Below are positions 45,005 through 45,554 of a stretch of 45,554 bases of DNA, piece after piece. A program made the translations under genes and the position numbers. The DNA is from a bacterium (GTDB taxonomy: Bacteria > SZUA-182 > DTGQ01): assembly GCA_040752695.1 (NCBI GenBank), contig JBFMGO010000036.1, forward strand, positions 1-45,554, given 5' to 3'. The stretch's first letter is position 1; every line of letters starts with the position of its first letter. The notes under the pieces were generated by a model, which saw only the letters and a list, made by a program, of their open reading frames with translations, did not search any database and was not told the origin of the DNA.

Positions 45005-45554
45005 GTGGTGCGGTTCCGGTAAATTCTATGCGATAGGGCGTTCCAGACCCTGCGTAAATTTTTCCAATAATCGTTTCAACGTTCCTCACGAAAGTTTTTG
45101 ATGACCAAGGCTTCATGTCAAAATTATAGTAATCAAAACCGCCTATAACAGTATTGTTTGGTCCAGACTTGAGTGTTACAGTTCCATATACAAGAGCGTC
45201 ATTTACTGAAGAGAAATTCTTCCCTGCAAAATTCACTTGACCGGATGGAGGCAATTGGGAAACATTGCTTAAATCAAGAGTACCAACATCGACAACTAAA
45301 GGTGACCCACCCCCCTCCTGCCAATGCCTATTCGCTTGGCTTAAAGTCAGTCTACCACTTGAGGCACATAATCCTCTGGGGTCCACCAGCATCATTGGAT
45401 TATTGCTCACATACACATACAGGTTGGTATCCCCGCCCTCAAAGCCAATGGGGTCTTCGCAGATGAACCTGCCCACATGCGGGTCATAATATCTTGCGCG
45501 CATGTAGTAGAGGCCATTGGGCTCGGTCATCACGCCGTGCAGGCCCACGTACTT
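44994..45554 (-). CDS. RHS repeat-associated core protein with C-terminal toxin (5' end outside window)
   Basis: GLYYMRARYYDP..GRF..DPIGFEGGD.NLY.Y..NNP...VDPRGL followed by a 124-aa variable C-terminus. Confidence 0.9.
   Translation of the reverse strand, partial: KYVGLHGVMTEPNGLYYMRARYYDPHVGRFICEDPIGFEGGDTNLYVYVSNNPMMLVDPRGLCASSGRLTLSQANRHWQEGGGSPLVVDVGTLDLSNVSQLPPSGQVNFAGKNFSSVNDALVYGTVTLKSGPNNTVIGGFDYYNFDMKPWSSKTFVRNVETIIGKIYAGSGTPYRIEFTGTAPLGR

Overview
Bacterial chromosome window; gene content resembles uncultured Desulfobacterota/deltaproteobacteria-like organisms (inference only). Left to right: (1) tail of a polymorphic-toxin/T6SS-type locus (Imm11-like, Imm49-like, TIGR02270-like HEAT protein); (2) a minus-strand block that looks phosphate-regulated: an 806-aa protein with gamma-glutamylcysteine-ligase/YbdK-type motifs + Psd-like decarboxylase + divergent Lgt-like transferase, then a Pho-box-like TTAA array, DUF2341-LamG-ExbB/ExbD/TonB, a coiled-coil protein and a PhoB-like regulator; (3) six two-component signalling genes; (4) GDPD, cupin, VapBC pair and an orphan DNA methyltransferase; (5) DUF503-rbfA-nrnA, an atypical ClpX and an ArsB/NhaD transporter; (6) a 1942-aa repetitive surface protein; (7) a MITE-disrupted CNF1/BLF1-like deamidase pseudogene, a peptidase-S74 fibre protein and an RHS toxin whose C-terminus resembles colicin M, with a lipoprotein immunity gene and decayed RHS fragments. 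Several MITEs with visible target-site duplications and many short tandem micro-duplications are present. No rRNA, tRNA or CRISPR array was seen. The best candidate for an undescribed system is the ligase-decarboxylase-diacylglyceryl transferase triad (possible phosphorus-sparing lipid pathway). All family calls come from motif recognition by eye, not database searches.
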